Shown here piece by piece: positions 60,573-64,000 of a DNA stretch of 64,000 nucleotides. This stretch comes from an uncultured Planctomycetota bacterium (GTDB taxonomy: Bacteria > Planctomycetota > Planctomycetia > Isosphaerales > Isosphaeraceae). The notes under the pieces are model-generated. The model had not been told where the DNA came from, made no database searches, and was given only the letters and a program-made list of their open reading frames with translations. How positions within the stretch are numbered: position 1 is the stretch's first letter; every line of letters begins with the position of its first letter. The stretch spans positions 256,001 through 320,000 of the forward strand of contig CAWJTV010000042.1 in the NCBI GenBank assembly GCA_963845755.1, read 5' to 3'. The translations under genes were made by a program, and so were the position numbers.

Positions 60573-61862
60573 CTATGACGTTCCCAGGTCGGCCGCCCAG
60601 ATCGCACGGATCGTTTTCTCATCGCCAAGACCGTCCGGGACGGCCGGGCCCGGCAGGTTGGCGTAGTACCAGCGCTTCCGGTCCTGCGGAGAGGTCATGG
60701 TGCGGCTGCCGGGCATCTGGAGATGGCCGTTGGGGTCGGTCTTCCGCACCCAATCCCAGGCGTAGTTCAGCCAGTCATGCCGATATCTCTCGCTCTGATG
60801 CGCGAACCAGGTGATCTCGTCGTAACCCCAGATCCAGATGCCACCGGCCTTCGCCTTCCCTGGCTGCCGGCTGACACCCCAGTTGTCGATTTCCACCAGG
60901 TAGGGCAAGTGATCGCACTTCCAGCCGCTGAACGTCATCCCGCCCTTGCTCCGGCCGTAGATTCCGTCCGAAAACCCGACCTTCAGGATTGCCTCCTGCG
61001 GTCGGTCGGGGACCTCCATGATCCTCAGCGGGAACGAGTGGAAGTCCAGGAGCAGTCGCCCCTGCGCGCACCAGGCCGCCATGGGGGACATGGGCGTCGC
61101 ACAGCACGAGATGCCGGCGCGCGTTCCGGGCCGCGTGGGCACGAACCAGGCTGAGTACCTGCGCCAGTGATCGAGGTTCGGGTCGTTACCGTTCATGATT
61201 TCCGCCTGGCCGAAGTGGATTGCTTCGATGCCGAGGTCGATGAACGAGGCCGCCAGGTAGTAGAACCAGAGCTTCGTTTCCGGCCGGCTCACATCCGGGA
61301 CCGACGCGTTCCTTCCCCACTGGTTGCGGCGCCGGCCGTCGGGATAGAGCATGTCGGCGTATCGGAAGTTCCGCGTCTCGACTGGCTGACCCACGGCGGC
61401 AAACGCCCATTCCGGCACGGGGACCTGTTCCACCTGTGCGGTCACGATCTCGAAGACGCACGCCTGGAGAATCATGGCTGGATCGGCCGCGAGGACCTGC
61501 GGGACCTGCTGCTTCGCTCGTTCGAGATTCCGGATCAAGTTGCCTTCGCGACCCCACAAGCAGAGGCTCCGCCCGATGAACTTGGCACCGACGCTCTTGA
61601 GCATGCGAATGTTATCGACGAGATCGCCCCGACCGTTGAGCAGGCCCTCCATCGAAATCGCACGGGATAGGAAGTTGTCCAGCACGTTCCGCGGGATGGA
61701 CCCGTCGAAGTGATAGGGGCCGGCTTTCGACATCGGTTGCAGGACCGGCGCTTGCGGGACCGGCGTTTTTTGCTGCGCGGAGGCTCCTCCGGCCGCGGCC
61801 GAGAGGCCAGCTCCCAGGGCGAACCGCGAGAACACGCGACGGCTTACGGACGGTGCAGGCAT
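60573..61862 (-). CDS. Tat-exported hypothetical protein, possibly glycoside-hydrolase-like (compensating frameshifts 61065-61165)
   Basis: SRRVF Tat motif; GIEAIHFGQ, LDFH, VEIDN, WGYDEITWF. Confidence 0.65.
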   Translation of the reverse strand: MPAPSVSRRVFSRFALGAGLSAAAGGASAQQKTPVPQAPVLQPMSKAGPYHFDGSIPRNVLDNFLSRAISMEGLLNGRGDLVDNIRMLKSVGAKFIGRSLCLWGREGNLIRNLERAKQQVPQVLAADPAMILQACVFEIVTAQVEQVPVPEWAFAAVGQPVETRNFRYADMLYPDGRRRNQWGRNASVPDVSRPETKLWFYYLAASFIDLGIEAIHFGQAEIMNGNDPNLDHWRRYSAWFVPTRPGTRAGISCCATPMSPMAAWCAQGRLLLDFHSFPLRIMEVPDRPQEAILKVGFSDGIYGRSKGGMTFSGWKCDHLPYLVEIDNWGVSRQPGKAKAGGIWIWGYDEITWFAHQSERYRHDWLNYAWDWVRKTDPNGHLQMPGSRTMTSPQDRKRWYYANLPGPAVPDGLGDEKTIRAIWAADLGTS

Positions 61863-62101
61863 GGTGAGCCCTTTTCCGGGAAGTCGGACACACGAACGGT
61901 TCCATCTGGTCGAACTTTCAGCAGAACCCAGAGCCAGACCCAGTTCAAGAGCCTTGCCAGGTTCCACGAGCGGACGGTCGAGATGAATCGACGCCCGATG
62001 CGCGTCGGTGTATGCTGATCCTCGAGAGATACCGCAGCTTCGGCGGAGTCTCGATCGAGGCAACTCTGGGTATAGCCTCAAGTCAACGAGAAAGAAATCC
62101 C

Positions 62102-62920
62102 ATGCTCGGCGCAATCGCGGGCGACATCATCGGGTCGGTGTACGAAGGGAAGGTGGCCTGGCAGTCGGCGCGGACGCCCCACTTCAAGCCACTCTTCCAC
62201 CCCAAGGCCCGGTTCACCGATGACACGGTGCTCACGGTCGCGGTGGCCGAGAGCATCCTCTACGGCGGCGACCTCGTCAACCTGTTCAAGGAATACGCCG
62301 GTATCTACCCGGGGGCCGGGTACGGGGGCACGTTCCGTCGCTGGGCCGCTTCCGAGAGCCGAAAGCCGTACCAGAGCTGGGGCAATGGATCGGCGATGCG
62401 CGTGAGCCCCGTCGGCTATGCCTTTGACTCGCTCGACGAGGTCCTTCTGCGCGCGAAGTGGACCGCCGAGGTCACCCACGACCATCCCGAGGGGATCAAG
62501 GGCGCCCAGGCGACGGCCGCCGCGGTCTTCCTCGCCCGCACCGGCAGCGACAAGGAGCAGATTCGCGACTATGTCGAGCGGAAGTTTGGCTATCGCCTCG
62601 ACGCGCGGATCGATGACATCCGACCGGGTTTCGATTTCGACGTCTCCTGTCGCGGCACCGTGCCGCCGGCCATCCTGGCGTTCCTCGAGTTGACCGACTA
62701 TGAAAACGCGGTGCGTCTGGCGGTCTCGCTCGGGGGCGACGCCGACACGCTCGGCTGCATCACGGGCGGGATCGCCCAGGCGTATTACGGCGGTGTCCCG
62801 GCAGAGATCCGCAGCCAGGCGCGCGACCGACTGAACGATCACCTCGGTTCTATCCTGGATGAGTTCGAAACGCGGTTCCCGCATCCGACGCCGCTGCCGG
62901 ACGAACCCCGGTCCGAGTGA
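62102..62920 (+). CDS. ADP-ribosylglycohydrolase (DraG/ARH family)
   Basis: MLGAIAGDIIGS.YE, FTDDT, SWGNGSAMRVSP, THDHPEG, GGDADT. Confidence 0.92.
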   Translation: MLGAIAGDIIGSVYEGKVAWQSARTPHFKPLFHPKARFTDDTVLTVAVAESILYGGDLVNLFKEYAGIYPGAGYGGTFRRWAASESRKPYQSWGNGSAMRVSPVGYAFDSLDEVLLRAKWTAEVTHDHPEGIKGAQATAAAVFLARTGSDKEQIRDYVERKFGYRLDARIDDIRPGFDFDVSCRGTVPPAILAFLELTDYENAVRLAVSLGGDADTLGCITGGIAQAYYGGVPAEIRSQARDRLNDHLGSILDEFETRFPHPTPLPDEPRSE

Positions 62921-62926
62921 TCCGCC

Positions 62927-63524
62927 TCATGAGCCGTGCTTACCCTTGAGGATCTCGACTTCCAGTGGCTCTGGGTCGATATCCTGTTTCAGCAGCTCAT
63001 TCACGCGGATGCCCTGGTGGTCGAGGAGGTAAGCGATGAGGAGGTTGTAGCGCAGGTAGAGTCCCGATTGCTTCGGGTCCATCTCGTGATCTCCGCGTCG
63101 GAGCTGGTCAACCCGACGTTCGTAATCGAAATCCGCCCCCCTGGCGATGTAATCGGCGTAGCCCTCGTTCTTCCAGCGGGGCAGCCGCCAGTAGGCGACC
63201 CCTCCCAGCTCGTCGAAGATCAACGTGTGAATCGCCTCATGCGCGATGTAGTAGCTAAGCGTCCGCTCGCCGGGCACCTCATTCCCCGAGGGGCCGATCA
63301 GGCGATTGGCATCGATGTGGGCGCCGCGAAGGAAGATGTTGTTGGAGAGCGGAGGATAGGTCAGCCCGCCGACGTGGTGGCGAATGTTGGCGAAGAGGAT
63401 GAAACGCCAGCGGCGATTGCAGAGATAGACCCGGATGTTTGGAGCGGTCCGATCGCGAAACAGAGGAGAGCGTACAAGGCGGTCTTCCGTGACTTTTAGC
63501 ACACGAGTAGCCGAGGCGGGGATC
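62927..63524 (-). pseudogene. HEXXH zinc-metallopeptidase-like gene truncated at its 5' end by ISAs1
   Basis: IAHEAIH..WKNEGYADY (gluzincin-like); the frame runs into the IS end at 63525. Confidence 0.7.
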
Positions 63525-64000
63525 CAGGGCTTACGCACCAGCCTGGGATATCTGAGTGTTCTGGGAAAGAGCATCTCGCCTCGATCCTACAGTCCGGCTG
63601 GTCGGGAAACGGACGTCTTTTGTACCATCGATCGCCAGGATAACTCGATCTTTTCAGGGACGTCCACACCATGACCGTCAGCTCGGATTCGGCCTCCGCT
63701 ACTCCCGCCCAAGACCCGATCTCACTCCTCGATCATTTCGCCGACTTGCCCGATCCCCGCCGCGAACAGGGGCGAATCCACCGACTCGATGAGATCATTT
63801 TCATCGCCACCTGCGCCGTGTTCTGCGGCGCCGACAACTGGGTGCAGATCGCCGATTATGCCCACTCCAAGAGCGACTGGCTCGAGACCTTCCTCGAATT
63901 GCCCGGCGGCATCCCCTCGCACGACACCTTTCGACGGGTCTTCTGCCTGCTCGACCCGCTGGCCTTTCAGAAGGGCTTCTCCTCCTGGATGACGGCGCTG
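63525..64000 (+). mobile_element. ISAs1-family insertion sequence (left part; runs off the window)
   Basis: CAGGGCTTACGCA left end, 146 bp before the transposase ATG. Confidence 0.8.
63671..64000 (+). CDS. ISAs1 transposase (N-terminal part)
   Basis: My translation: LLDHFADLPDPRR..HRLDEIIFIATCAVFCGADNW..LELPGGIPSHDTFRRVF. Confidence 0.92.
   Translation, partial: MTVSSDSASATPAQDPISLLDHFADLPDPRREQGRIHRLDEIIFIATCAVFCGADNWVQIADYAHSKSDWLETFLELPGGIPSHDTFRRVFCLLDPLAFQKGFSSWMTAL

Noticed and set aside
62102..62920. ADP-ribosylation toxin-antitoxin or defence system
   Set aside because: No ADP-ribosyltransferase or macrodomain partner in the window.
1..64000. tRNA, rRNA, integrase, reverse transcriptase or cas genes
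   Set aside because: No cloverleaf in intergenic DNA and no such protein motifs were seen by manual reading.

Overview
GC-rich bacterial DNA, almost certainly a planctomycete and probably Isosphaeraceae-like (inferred from DUF1559 prepilin-like, LExRxLL-leader, DUF1571 and membrane-anchored ECF sigma genes). About 20 genes, including purH and rsmE, carry single-base frameshifts, often in homopolymers. This looks like long-read consensus error rather than gene decay. The region to ~48.4 kb is mostly core-type: nfi, an mlaE/mlaD operon, flgM, a GspE/PilB ATPase, fur, an ECF sigma, a PpiC foldase, GH15, csrA, rimI, purH, rsmE, glycosyltransferases and an FHA-kinase. It also holds a complete ISKra4-like IS (19-bp IRs, 9-bp TSD). 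The region 48.4-64 kb is accessory: an exported RidA/amidohydrolase/SelA-like/RraA cluster, IS66 remnants, a stand-alone B-lectin, and an ISAs1 that truncates a metallopeptidase. No tRNA, rRNA or CRISPR array was found. The most interesting signal is non-coding. csrA has a sigma54-type promoter. A perfect sigma54 promoter at 39570 points at a ~70-nt ORF-less stretch that begins with an ANGGAN-hexaloop hairpin, a candidate Csr antagonist RNA. GGA-loop hairpins overlap the RBS of several envelope genes and of the transposase, and flgM has a sigma28-type promoter although no flagellar genes are present. Together these suggest a sigma54/sigma28/FlgM/CsrA circuit rewired to envelope and pilus functions. 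A second candidate sRNA, with its own sigma70 promoter and terminator, lies at 16170-16293. All motif calls were made by eye and are unverified.
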